DNA of 63,994 nt, filler included, from Basidiobolus ranarum (lineage: Eukaryota), in assembly GCA_040143965.1 (NCBI GenBank). It is 11 parts of 11 records of this genome, joined end to end, with 100 filler letters (N's around TTAATTAATTAA, not from the genome) between each part and the next. Parts side by side here need not be neighbours in the genome. Positions count along the whole stretch, not along the records: positions 23,425 to 29,172 come from JASJQH010001509.1; positions 29,273 to 35,019 come from JASJQH010001510.1; positions 35,120 to 40,860 come from JASJQH010001511.1; 8 more parts are not named here. One strand, 5' to 3'. This document shows, one piece after another, positions 24,215-36,030 of the stretch. The notes under the pieces were generated by a model. It saw only the letters and a program-made list of their open reading frames with translations. It was not told the DNA's origin and searched no databases. Position numbers and translations under genes: made by a program. How positions within the stretch are numbered: the stretch's first letter is position 1; each line of letters opens with the position of its first letter.

Positions 24215-26568
24215 ATTTCGTTGGCAAAGTGCTATATCTACCGATATATCTTAAGAGTTGGAGGGCAAAAACGATATGTAAGGAGCCTTGCGACTGTCGT
24301 GCGATTTTTAAAGTAATCAGGGAAAATGGTTCTTGAGCATGCAAGTCAATAGTTGCATGAAGCGGGATTTCCACCTATAGTGATTTTCTCACTTAACCCT
24401 GTGTACTACTGATGTGTAAGACATCTATATTAAATAAATCCTCAAAGGCTCCAGGAGAGGGATGATCTTGACTATACATATCTTTGCTCTTCTTTATTTT
24501 CTCCCAGTCAAGCATTGATGTATCCACATGTGCATTTTCTGCGCATTTGATTACGAGCATCTGACCAATGGGCTTCCTCTTACAAACACATGCAATCTCA
24601 AATCAATTGAAGCCGCCAAGCATGAGGTAATCGGAATTACAATGCAAATAAATGGCCTCGCTATACCCTGTCTGTTGTCTACACTTGGGAAGACCACTCA
24701 CATTCACTATTCCAAAGCATGGCCAAAACTACAACTGAAATACGCTTGGACACTTCATGGATTAGGGCCTCATCATTAATGGCATGTCAACTGCAATCAG
24801 CGTAGTGATTACTTATCGCACGTGTCGCAACAGCCAAATGATTGATCACAAGCTATATGGTTTGACGCACTCATATAGAGGTTAGGTATATCTCAAAGCA
24901 GTTAAAAGTTCATGATGATGATAGAACCAACAATAGAATACTCTTAAAGCCTGTTCTGGGCCATATACTTCTATTAAGTTTAAATTCACCTACTGTGTTT
25001 GTGGGCATTTCTCCTTTTCCTGAGAGTTCTAGCTAGCAAGATGACGAGCATTGCCTCATGTTTTGTAAATGGCTAGACCCCTGTACTCTCAGAAGCTCAA
25101 GCTCCTTATTAGAACTATCATCAGGTGCACGAACTGTAGATCCTACCATAGCATAGCATAAATTATATTGAAGCGGTAGTGGATATAAGTCAGAAACTAG
25201 TAGTAAACTCAATATCAGATTGAACATATCTTTCACAGACATGATAGAGCAAGCACTTCATTCGTAAGTTGATTCCATGAACAAAGCGTAAAACTAGAGA
25301 GACAAATTCTTGGCCAGTGAGATATTAGCGCATATATTAGTTCGGCCTGCCATGATGTTTGGAATCGAAGACCATCCACATTGTTGCCTCTTTATTTATA
25401 GTCGATCATACCACTATCTAACCATAATTGGCAAAGTCAAACTGCAAACTACCCCATAGAGTCAGCTTGGATACTTGCTACACCCCAAGGAACATGTTGT
25501 CATACGAAAGGTATCACCTCGTTACATTTACATCAGCAAAATTGATGTCTTGAAACGCAAACAAGCGGCAAGTCTTATGTACGTTGCTCAAGAGCTGAAT
25601 AAAGAATACTCTAGGGAACTACGAGTACAGAAAACAAGAGTCGCTACAAAATCGACCTATGGAAAAGAATAACATAATCCATTTTTTCTTTTAGGGGTAG
25701 CTACTTAATTATATCAGCTAGGTACTTTTGTCAAATGAACTCTAGAATGCTCTAGGGTTAAAATGAATGTAATGGGGATTATCAACAATGAATGCGGATA
25801 ACGAGATAATACTCTCCGAGAATGTATTGCTTAGTTAGCATTGTTTCGTGAGACCATATTACCAAGATGGAGTGTCCAGGTCCAGACTATTAGCTCTTGC
25901 TTTATGTAATCGAGCAGTGTATACAATGAGGATTCTGAATTATATTAATTTAAGACATGCATGAATATTCCGAACATGAAGCTAATTCGAGAACTTGAGG
26001 AGTAGGAACATCAGGATACAAGTCTATTATTCCTACCATACCATCAATAGCCTTGCAGGTATTATCCTGTTACCATAGATATTTTTTGTCATAGTATTAG
26101 CACTTCATTCAACAGAGGGGGATTTCAGTATCCACGCTTAAAGCTTGCAAAAAGTTATGATTTGAAATGAACAGTACTGTCAAAACCTGGAAGTTTTATG
26201 ACTCAGGCCTAAAAGTAGCTTAGAATCTGCCGTGTAACAAAATATTTGAATACAACGGGATTCCTGCTAGATTTCAAAAGAATATAAATACGCATGAGAA
26301 AAAGAAAATACTAGATTGGTTCAGGTTACCAGCATTGCTTCTAGCTGTAAAACAAAAAAACGTCAAATGGCATCACCCATAGCTTATTGCAAGGTTGTTT
26401 ACGGTTAGTATTATGTAGCACAACCAATAAGTTTTCAAAAGGATTCTTGTTTACTTAGAAAGCATGTACTAGAGAGAGCGAATGATGTTCGTGCTACGTG
26501 GAATAGCCGTAGCTGAAACTCTATAAAAGAATATCAGACTGAAGACGAATGTACAAGATATTCCAACC

Positions 26569-26862
26569 ATGAAGTTCCTCATTACTTTCGTTGTAGCTGC
26601 GATGTCGCTCTCTGTTGTCTCTGCAGCTCCCTTCGGTAAGTTTTATACTCAGGAAATCAACTGTTGAGACGGTTTGAAGTAACATTCTATATATATAACT
26701 CAATAACCGTAACTTCGTCCTTGACATATCATAGTTCCCTGCGCAACATCTTGTGAAGAGGCCTACTATAAATGTAACGCAGCGTGTCCCATCCACACAC
26801 CCCTGTGTGGCCAGCAATGCTACCGTACATCATTGATTTGTAAAAGAAATTGCCATCATTAG
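26569..26862 (+). CDS. Small secreted cysteine-rich peptide, 64 aa, four CX3C motifs; absent from the ORF track
   Basis: Exons 26569-26635 and 26735-26862 (intron GTAAG..ATAG) give MKFLITFVVAAMSLSVVSAAPFVPCATSCEEAYYKCNAACPIHTPLCGQQCYRTSLICKRNCHH*; TATAAAA at 26522. Confidence 0.85.
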
Positions 26863-27891
26863 TTTCGAAACCTGAACACCTTGAGAAATACAGCAAATAA
26901 TTGCTTCATAGTGCCTCATCGTTGCTATATTATCTTGATAAATATATATACCATGATGAATATTTCCACTGTGTATGTATAAAAACATCGAGAAAACAAT
27001 AAAAACGATTAGAGCATCCTAATCCTACAGTTGTTAGAAGTCAACAAGTGGTGCGTCACTGTGGATGTCTTAGAGCCAAGTTGATACTCTTCCTTTACAC
27101 ACTACCCCAGCACGCACGTGAGTAAAACCACTCGTAAGCTCTCTTCACATCCGACTATAATTTGTATATGAGTTAGCAGGGAGGGAGATGAAAATGCTAA
27201 CTGTTAAAGGGCGTTTACTAGTTGATGATGTAACACAACAAATACAAAAATTCTGCTGAGTTACACTAACCAGCAATAACTCGCAAAACTATCAGTGTCT
27301 CATTTATTGTTTGTGCCCTGGCTATCTTTAGTTAATAACGAAGATACAGGGAGAGTTTACTTCGAGTGATTGATCTCATTCTTAACAGCATTCGCAGTTC
27401 ACTGTCACTAGATAAATATCCTTGATCTTACTAGCTGCTCATTTGCTTCCTGAGTTCAGTTAATATGGCATCACTGTTACTGAGCTCACTAACGCTGAAG
27501 AGTTCGATAGTTCTAGGCATATGGTAACCGGCTCCTGCACTGCTCCCCCAAAGACATGGGCTTTGTGGATATATTGATAATAGTGCAATATCGCTGATTA
27601 AGCCAATATAGAAAGTTGTCCATCATGTAGCATTTTTGAAAGGCAACCAAACATCTGATTGGTTATTCAAATGGATTTCGAAAAGGCACGCTATATTAAG
27701 CCGAGAAGTCATTCTTGGGTTGATGAGTTACGCAAGGAATAACACCCGGGTTTCTGGATTTAAGCGAGGATGTCATGAGTAACTTACCTCATATCCCTTA
27801 AGAGTCAACGCTCATTTTTCACTATACATGTGGAATACATACTATGTATAAACAATGCAGATCTTGATGGCATGCTGAAAGAGGTATGAAC

Positions 27892-28221
27892 TGTTAAAGT
27901 ATTTGGGACCCTGTTGGAAGTGGTTTGGAGAATTAGAGGAATTGGTGGTTTTCACTTATTCATTTATTGAGTAGAAAGTTGACATTTATAGTTTTGTCAA
28001 GATGTAAACAAACAAACATGTAGAATGTGTTAAGGAAGGTCCCAGGAACATGTGTGCAAAGTTTGGGGCTTCTAGCACAAGTTTGAAAAAATCTATATAT
28101 CTGAGAACTTCTAAGTAAATTCCTTATGAGAATAATGGATAATACCTTAGTTCAATATAAGATAACTAAGTACTAAGCTATATATGACTATATAGCTGTT
28201 TAGGCAATGCTAATTTCAACA
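27892..28221 (-). mobile_element. Solo LTR, copia family A (330 bp)
   Basis: TGTTAAA...TTCAACA with flanks TGAAC/TGAAT; homologous to 19384-19729 and 51803-52131. Confidence 0.88.
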
Positions 28222-28494
28222 TGAATTTCTTTGATATCATGGCTTTGGCCATTATTATCATATGTTTTAGGTGAATATGGTTTCCCAGTACCCATCACAT
28301 AACTAAGAATCAGGCAATGAAAAATGTAAGTCTAGCAAACTATGAGAATTTTAATACAGCCAACTTTTCCATGTTGGCAGTTCTTATATAACTCATGGAT
28401 ATAAAGAAGATAATGTAGTCAACAATCATGCATTGAAAACTCCTCAAGTAGTTTCTTCAAATAAAATCTCATGATTTTCAACATGTTTATAAGC

Positions 28495-29172
28495 TGTTGG
28501 ATAATTAATCTTTATTCAACATCATAGTTAACTTTAGTTATGATACATAAATCAGAAACAGAAAGTAATGTATCTATAGCCCCTATATTCTAAATAGGAA
28601 TATCTCTATATCCATATAACAAGTATGTTTTATTACCGCCACTTATCTATTATATCTTATTACACAAACTCCTGAATATCTCAAACAATGGATTTACTTT
28701 TCTACTACATAAGTCACCATATACTCTTAAGAATAAAGTAATTAAAACACACTATCATAAGTTGCTTCTAATACACCAAGTCTACCCCTATTATGTCAAG
28801 ATCCTCCAACATAAACACAAATGCTGTAAGCAGAAATATGAATTTTAGGAATATGATTGTCACTATATTGACAGCTATTTGAATAGGAATGACTTCCAGG
28901 GAATATAGCTGATAGTGTCATTAGCTGCACAAAATGTGATGCTATGGACTAAGTCTATATTAAAATCATTGAAATTGGATGCAGCATAAGTGGAAGTTGA
29001 TAGAACCAACTTTGAATACTCAGACAACTGGGAGCAGTGAAATTTATATAGAAGGCTCTATCATTGTTGGATAATTAATCTTTATTCAACATCATAGTTA
29101 ACTTTAGTTATGATACATATATCAGAAACAGAAAGCAACGTATCTATAGCCCCTATATTCTAAATAGGAATA
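28495..29172. mobile_element. Two direct copies of another LTR-like repeat (28495-28811 complete; 29065-29172 truncated) in decayed copia-like sequence
   Basis: Inverted termini TGTTGGA...TCCAACA; first about 108 bp nearly identical between copies; spacer has an RNase H-like remnant (SLAAQNVMLWTKSIL). Confidence 0.7.
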
Positions 29173-29272
29173 NNNNNNNNNNNNNNNNNNNNNNNNNNNN
29201 NNNNNNNNNNNNNNNNTTAATTAATTAANNNNNNNNNNNNNNNNNNNNNNNNNNNNNNNNNNNNNNNNNNNN
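29173..29272. other. Artificial contig spacer
   Basis: N44-TTAATTAATTAA-N44. Confidence 0.99.
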
Positions 29273-29354
29273 CCATGTGTCTGAGCTTATCTCCAATTTT
29301 TCGCGATCATCCCATTTATTTTATCAAATGTCTAATTGATTTGTTTAATACATC

Positions 29355-30213
29355 TCATTTTAGATTAAAACACCGTAGGTCGATCTCCTTGACTTTTAAA
29401 TCGACATCACATTCTGGTGGACCTTTGGAGAACCCAACATCCCCACTGCTCCAATGATTTAAGGTCACGCAACCAGGCTGTTGCGGGATATTAGTATGTA
29501 ATTGACAGATTTCAGTAGAATCAACATAAAATGTAACAGCATCTTGAGTCCAATCAAAGCGGTATTCATGAAAATCCTGCAGATATTAAAAGATTTAGAT
29601 TCTAATCCATGAAGTAATGCCCGATTATGTATATTTACCTCACTCAAGTCAAATCCAACATCGACTTCCCGGTGGGAACACTCTTTGGCTCTACCTCTCT
29701 CATCGCGTTCGATCTCATGAACAGTACAATTAACGATAGTATTTGCTTTTCTATGCGTTAAAAGCTCAATATCGATTTCGTGTTTATCGTCACCGTAAAA
29801 AAAGAAACCTACAACAGTCCCAGCATTGGAAGGTGGAGCCTTAAGCACGCAACGGAAACTGCCATAACAGATTGTCTTTCTAAAAAGAAACCCAAGAAAA
29901 ACAAGTTAGTCCTATCCAGAAAGAGAACACTGGAGATTCTACTTATACTCAAGATAAAGAACTAAACAGGAACTAACATTTTTGTAAAGATACCAGCACA
30001 CTCAACTTTTCCGTCAGTGGTACTTCCACCTTTTACTCGAAGTATCAACGCCTGGCTTTGAGGATCGACGAAGACGTTTTCTTTTTGAAAAGCCCTGGCC
30101 AGAGAGTTAGTGTTTCGTGGTGGGACTGTGTACCCTGCTGTCACAAAAGTACGCCAGTCTAAGGTTGCCGATGGCTTTGAAAAGTTAGCGTAAAGTTGAT
30201 TTTGGTATGACAT
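29355..30213 (-). CDS. Glycoside hydrolase family 16 protein, 3 exons, no evident signal peptide
   Basis: YGSFR, GTVVGFFFY, catalytic EIDIE, DFHEYRFDW, LNHWS.G. Introns about 29977-29876 (acceptor ambiguous) and 29638-29577. Confidence 0.85.
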
Positions 30214-30594
30214 ATCAACGATTCTTCATATACTTTAAAGAAAAGGAGACGGGATTTATAGTCGCCCGGGACGTGGTTGTGTATCAAATTAGGATAAATT
30301 ATTTGAGATGAGCATGTACGCTTGGCGGAGAAAGTGGCGGTCATCTAATCGTGGATAGAATTGGATTAAAAAGGGATTTCATCTTTCCATATACATACAC
30401 TAAGATACATCATTTACAATGCATAGTATATAATCCATCGTGTAATCCATCGCAATGTGAAAATACGTAGATCAAGATCAAATATGAAAATACATCGAGC
30501 ATCATAGCTAACTATTATTGGTGCTAAATTATATTCTCATTTAAAAATACCAATGCGTCAATATTTATTCTTTACTCACCCATTCTTTGGTTCA

Positions 30595-31532
30595 ATGCTA
30601 ACTATGTTGCGAGATAATGAGTTTATTCAATGGTTTCGGTCCATACCAATAAGTACAAAGCTTCTAACAGTTTCCACGCTAGTCACGGCCGCTGCAATAT
30701 CTTCTCGAGGTGTGTATCCCCAAAATTTAGTGTATTATCCAGAACATGTGTATGGTCATCATGAGGTATAGTCAATGTATTTATAGTATATCTAGAACAA
30801 TCTTCTAAGTTTCTTAATAGTATTGGCGCCTTCTGACTTGCTTCTTCTGCTCGGAAATCAGTTTTTCTTTTGTTTTCCGTCTTTATATTCTTTATACCTT
30901 CTCTAGGCAGTTAGAAAGCAGTCCATTGTTTTCTGACAGCTCTTTAGGATACCCGTACTTTTTATTACTTACTATGCTATCCTCAATAGTATCCTTTTTA
31001 AACCGAATTCTTTTAAGAAATCTCCTTGTACATATGTGATTTTCTCTACCTTAACTGATTTGCGTAAAGGCCTTCTCGAGTACGTTTGTTGATCTGATAG
31101 TATTCCACGAGACACTAATTATGTCGATCACTTTCCTTTGGGCTCGTTATTATAAGGATGTTACAGTGGTTCTATTACCTAGTATTCGCTTCCAGGTATT
31201 TAATAACGGATTTATTTCAAACTCATCCTTATGGAGCCTCGAAAGAGTTATGACTTACACTTTTTGTTAGGGCTCGAATGTCCCTTACTTACTTATGATA
31301 TATACCTTCCTTACTCGAAATGGTGAGCTTCCATACGACCAAATTATAGGAGCCATATCGGCGTACATCTATTGTTACATTTACGATGTCCAACCTACGA
31401 ACCAAGGTCCACAAGCGATAAGGCCGGCCATTCTGTAAGTGTGCTTCATACTTTTTGTGTACTGACTAGTGATATAACGATTGAATTTTTAGTCACCACC
31501 TCTTTCCTATCTCTGGGGATTTTGCTATTTGA
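30595..31532 (+). CDS. Derlin (Der1-like) ERAD membrane protein, divergent, about 5 exons
   Basis: WFRSIPISTK, HEYWRLLTCFF, LYTFSRQLE, FLWARYY, IIGAISAYIY across four GT-AG introns; start codon choice uncertain. Confidence 0.75.
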
Positions 31533-31738
31533 AAGAAAACATCTGTTTTAAATTGTGAGCTGTGGTTTAGGAACTGTTATGGTGAAATAAATTGCGCCAA
31601 GTACAATAGCTTTCATCAAGGCAATGAATTGTAAAATTCCACAGCTGAACTTATGTAACAACATTTGTACACTTCATAATTCGATTTTAATTTCTCGACA
31701 TTGACTGACATAAACTTGATCAATATTTGTGTAAAATG

Positions 31739-31810
31739 TGCCTACTGCCGGGATTGAACTGGCGACCTTCAGTTTACGAGACTGACGCGCTACCACTGCG
31801 CTAAGCAGGC
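31739..31810 (-). tRNA. tRNA-Thr (anticodon CGU), possibly decaying
   Basis: GCCTGCTTAGCGCAGTGGTAGCGCGTCAGTCTCGTAAACTGAAGGTCGCCAGTTCAATCCCGGCAGTAGGCA folds as a cloverleaf with one A-C mismatch in the T stem. Confidence 0.85.
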
Positions 31811-32125
31811 TTCTTACTTCGGAATTATCATGTTACAAAGTAAATAGAACCCATGAGTAAAACATAATCTCTGCATGTAATCAGGACTTAAGTGCTGAAC
31901 ACTAAGATAACTAGGAAAGTAGGAATTAGTAATAACATGTCAGAATGCATATACTCAAAAGTACATATAAATACCTGTCATTGCAATATAATAAAAGGAG
32001 GAGAATTACAAAAGGGAAGCTACGGGAAGAATACTCTTATACTACTACCTCGAATCTGCAAGATAACTCACAAAGGTATCTATTTGTATACACCTTAAGG
32101 AACTATACTCTTTAACCGTGTAACA

Positions 32126-32232
32126 ATCACTCACAAAGATTTTGTAGGTCATAAAGGCAACATTGGTCCCGGTGACCTCCAATGGATGACTGCTGGTCGC
32201 GGGATTGTCCCTGCCGAAATACCCAAAACTAA
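32126..32232 (+). pseudogene. Isolated pirin gene fragment
   Basis: ITHKDFVGHKGNIGPGDLQWMTAGRGIVPAEIP matches the pirin motif GDLQWMTAGRGIxHxEMP, with the metal-ligand His replaced by Pro; no flanking exons recognised. Confidence 0.8.
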
Positions 32233-32521
32233 ATGCCACAAATGTTGGCCATTGTTTCAAAACTAAAATGGTGAAATTAAAGGCTCTAATGGGTTATTGT
32301 TGAACTTCAGCTGTATTTCATATGCCTTGAATACTATTGGAATGTTATCTGAGTATATTATAGACCAGAACGTTTTTGCAGATTGAAGGAACCTCTTTCC
32401 ACCATCAGGTATAAAAGAAAAGGTATCTCGTCAGCTAGCAGCAGTCGACCAACGAAAAAAGCAAATAATCCTGTGTTGTTACCGCAACACTAAACATTTG
32501 ATACAGAGTAAGTTTCTTTTG

Positions 32522-32622
32522 CCATGTGTCTGAGCTTATCTCCAATTTTTCGCGATCATCCCATTTATTTTATCAAATGTCTAATTGATTTGTTTAATAC
32601 ATCTCATTTTAGATTAAAACAC
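32522..32622. repeat. 101-bp identical direct copy of 29273-29373 (GH16 last codons and 3'UTR)
   Basis: Direct sequence comparison. Confidence 0.9.
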
Positions 32623-33793
32623 TGTACGGTGAAATATGGCATAAATAAAGAAAATCAGGGAGTGCATTAAACAAATAACTTTAATGCATTGCAATGTAAA
32701 CAGCATTTGATTGATTTCATGTTTGTTTGTAGGATGTATGAGACAGATAATTCGATCATCACGATATGTTATATACTTTCCAGAATCACCTTTGTTCCCT
32801 TTCGTTCGACTTTAATCCTACTAACGCTTGAGAATCCTAGAGAGAAGAATTAACCCCCTCTCTCTCTTTACGGTAAACTAATCTTATTGTTGCTGAAATA
32901 TGCTCATAACCTGGTTTCCACCTCGTATCATGCTCCAACTGTCACTTGGACTACTTTGCTGGAATGTATATTCTCTAGCGTTATCAACCAAAGAAGGTAG
33001 ACAGATAGCCTTCTTGACACTTGGCCAACATATGTAATAACAAGCTCCTCATATTTCAGCGGAGAAGGTATTTAACTGTACGGACTCGTGCGTTGCTCGG
33101 TCAGCCATGGTATACTTTAATTGTGTTGAGGGATGTTTCAATATGCTCCCTAAAAAATGGAAAGGGCACGGTTATGAGTACGGTTACGAGTACAGAGGTA
33201 TTCCTAGTGTCAAAGTCACTAGACCCACGCCCACACCCAACGCAACCAGATTCAAGCATATGAAAGGTAACTAAGCTGATCACTTAGGTTTGCATGAACT
33301 CATTACTTAACCACTTATTCTAGTCTACTTCTCACCAACCAAGGCAATACCATCACACACCCCACCTTCTAAACCACAAGCGAACCAACCGTACAAAGAT
33401 AAAAAGAAGTCGACCATTTCGGCTCAATCACCTTCCGAGCCAACCCAACTCGCCCTAGCCTCAAGACCATCCCAGGTCATTCAAAATACTGAAGATCTCC
33501 CGAGTAAAAAATCAACTCTGGTAACAAATCTTCAACTAAACAATGACCCCCTTCCAACCTCACCATACGACTCGAAGTCTGCAACCCTCGCTTCTTCCAC
33601 TGGATTTCTGTTTATGGTTTGTTGCTCACTAACAATAGCCTATGTGATGTGCTAATAACCAAGAGTGAATTGCATATATCGTGTGGATGACCAACATTAA
33701 TACGAATATTTAATGGAACAACAGCTTGTAATCGAACTTTGTTCATTAATAAAAGGGATTCTGCTATTTTCAATGCTTTGAGAATACCATAAG

Positions 33794-34660
33794 TTAAGGG
33801 AGATGTCCAGTTTTCACCCAAAATTTACTTCCTTTATCTGTGGTGGATAGAACTGTATGAATATTCTCAGTCAACCATTGACTTGGTACTCGTATCCAGC
33901 TCCATTTTCCGTACACTTTAGAATCGATCATCAATTCTCCTTCCAATATTAGTATTTCAATTCCACCTGTTGAACGCTTTTCAAAGTACTCTCCGATTCC
34001 GTAGGAAGATTTGGTGGGAAGATTTGACATCGTACCATTCCACCACTCTACCCAAACCCGTTCTTTCGTGGTATCATTCTCATACAGCAAGCAAGTTTCT
34101 ATCCCAGGGTTTTCAGTAGGTACCTTCATAGTGTTCATTTTTTCCGAGTCTATTACCAAGCTTTGTGTCTCGTGTATATCGGACATGAAGTGTAGTTTCA
34201 CCAGTATATGACAAGGTTCCCCCGTAATAGTATCAGAGTTGGCCCAAGGTGCGTGTGAGGACCCAATGGGATGTCTAACATATGTTCCAGCATAAGCGCT
34301 TCCAGTTAAAGAGTCGGAAAAGCTACCACTTAAAACCAGGAGTTCTTCACCTCCACCGTGACAATGTTGGGGAAAAGTGAGACCGTCTTGAAAACGTACG
34401 ATAGTAGTAGCCCTAGCTATCTAATGCATAAAAGTAAGTTATTTTTAACCTATATTCAAGTTAACTTTATCCCTCTCCTTTGAAAAATAAAGAAACGGGA
34501 AGTTTCATAACAGGAGAACGAAAAGGTTTCACTTTCTTTTTACCTCATCCCCTTTTCTATCAAGCATAAGTCTGTCGACTCCTTTCACCGGGGAAGATAC
34601 CCAACCCTCATTTTGAAAGTTAAGGAATTGTGGAGTGGCTAAATCTGAACGAAGCTCCAT
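33794..34660 (-). CDS. ChrR-like (Cupin_7) cupin protein, 247 aa, 2 exons
   Basis: Exons 34660-34544 and 34420-33794: WVSSPVKGVDRLMLDRKGDE|IARATTIVRF..FPQHCHGGGEELLVLSGSFSD..AGTYVRHPIGSSHAP..KFWVKTGHLP*, no internal stop. Confidence 0.88.
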
Positions 34661-35019
34661 GTTGGATAATGCATGTATACAGATAAAGATGTGAATCGAT
34701 ATAAGAGAATAATTTATTAATGGCCAGATGAAAACGAAATGCATCACATCACACTATTGGTGATTTGGTAAGAATGAACATTTAATGACTAATACAATAT
34801 AATTATACTCTTTAGAATGACACCATCAACATCACTATTTCCCCATGATTTTAAAAAAGCGGTGATTCCAAATATAAAATAGGTTTACTTATCGTTTGTA
34901 TGAAATATGTTAGCTATGCATGTCGATGAAATATGGAATAATGATCAACAATACCATCTAAAGAGAAAATGTGGATAACTGAGGAAAAGTATTTACTAGA
35001 AGTCAGCGAAGCTAATAAT

Positions 35020-35119
35020 NNNNNNNNNNNNNNNNNNNNNNNNNNNNNNNNNNNNNNNNNNNNTTAATTAATTAANNNNNNNNNNNNNNNNNNNNNNNNN
35101 NNNNNNNNNNNNNNNNNNN
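35020..35119. other. Artificial contig spacer
   Basis: N44-TTAATTAATTAA-N44. Confidence 0.99.
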
Positions 35120-36030
35120 TCCTTTCTGCTTACCACCTTTGCCCCTTAACACTATATTTACATCCTCTGAGCTTGATTACATTGGTCATCAGGTTAAGTA
35201 TGGATATGATTCAGTATTGACACAATATCTTAAAAGATTGATGTCTTGATTGTCACTTTGTTTAGATTAGTATATAAGCTAAATAAAGTCTACACCATCT
35301 GGTGCTTTTCATCCCCCCTAAATGGAACTAAAGGCACCTTCTCAGCTCTTACTTCTCAGCTTACAGCAACTTATGACTATCAGCAACTCTCAGGCCTAGC
35401 TCACTAGGAACTCTCTACTTTTGGCTCCATCCCTTCTGGAAAACTCTACTCAGGCCCCATCCCTTCTGGAATACTTCAGTCTTGGCTCCATCCTATCTGG
35501 AATACTCTTAGGCCTAGCTTACTAGGAAACTTAGCTTTGTCAATATCTTGACTTTATCTTTGAATATTATATTCTAACCTGGCTTATTTATCTATTGACT
35601 TTGTTTAAATTGATAAATAAATATTACATCTTCTGGTGTTTATCATCCCCCCTAGCCCTGAGACCTTTGGAAGCATTACCTGTCCTCTCAGATATCTTTC
35701 TTGATCTGTATTATTCCAGGTTTCTGTCTTACTGCCCATTTGGTATGCACCAAATACCTTCCTTTCTACATAACACCTTTGCCTCTTAATGCTGTAACTA
35801 TAACCTTGGAACTTGATTTCATTGGCCATCAAGTTAAGTATGGACATGGTCCAGTATTGTCACAATATCTTAAGAGATTGATGTCATGATTGTCACTTTA
35901 TTTAATTTAGTGTATGAGCTAAATAAAGTCCATACCACCGGGTTCTTTTCATCACCCCTACTTTGTATAAGTTGATAAAAAAATACCACACCTTCTAGTG
36001 CTTTTCATCCCCACTAACTGAGTTCCTTCT
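35120..36030. repeat. Decayed CpG-poor repeat with internal direct duplications
   Basis: About 35165-35320 recurs at about 35805-35960; GTGCTTTTCATCCCC-like motif four times; GGCTCCATCCCTTCTGGAA-like unit three times at about 35420-35505. Confidence 0.65.

Noticed and set aside
20848-34660. Bacterial contamination as the source of the LtrA, phosphodiesterase and cupin genes
   Set aside because: Each has a frame-restoring spliceosomal intron and shares its contig with fungal genes or LTRs.
35390-35530. Short repeats with spacers, superficially CRISPR-like
   Set aside because: Only three degenerate units with spacers of about 10 nt, a eukaryotic context and no cas genes; part of a decayed repeat.
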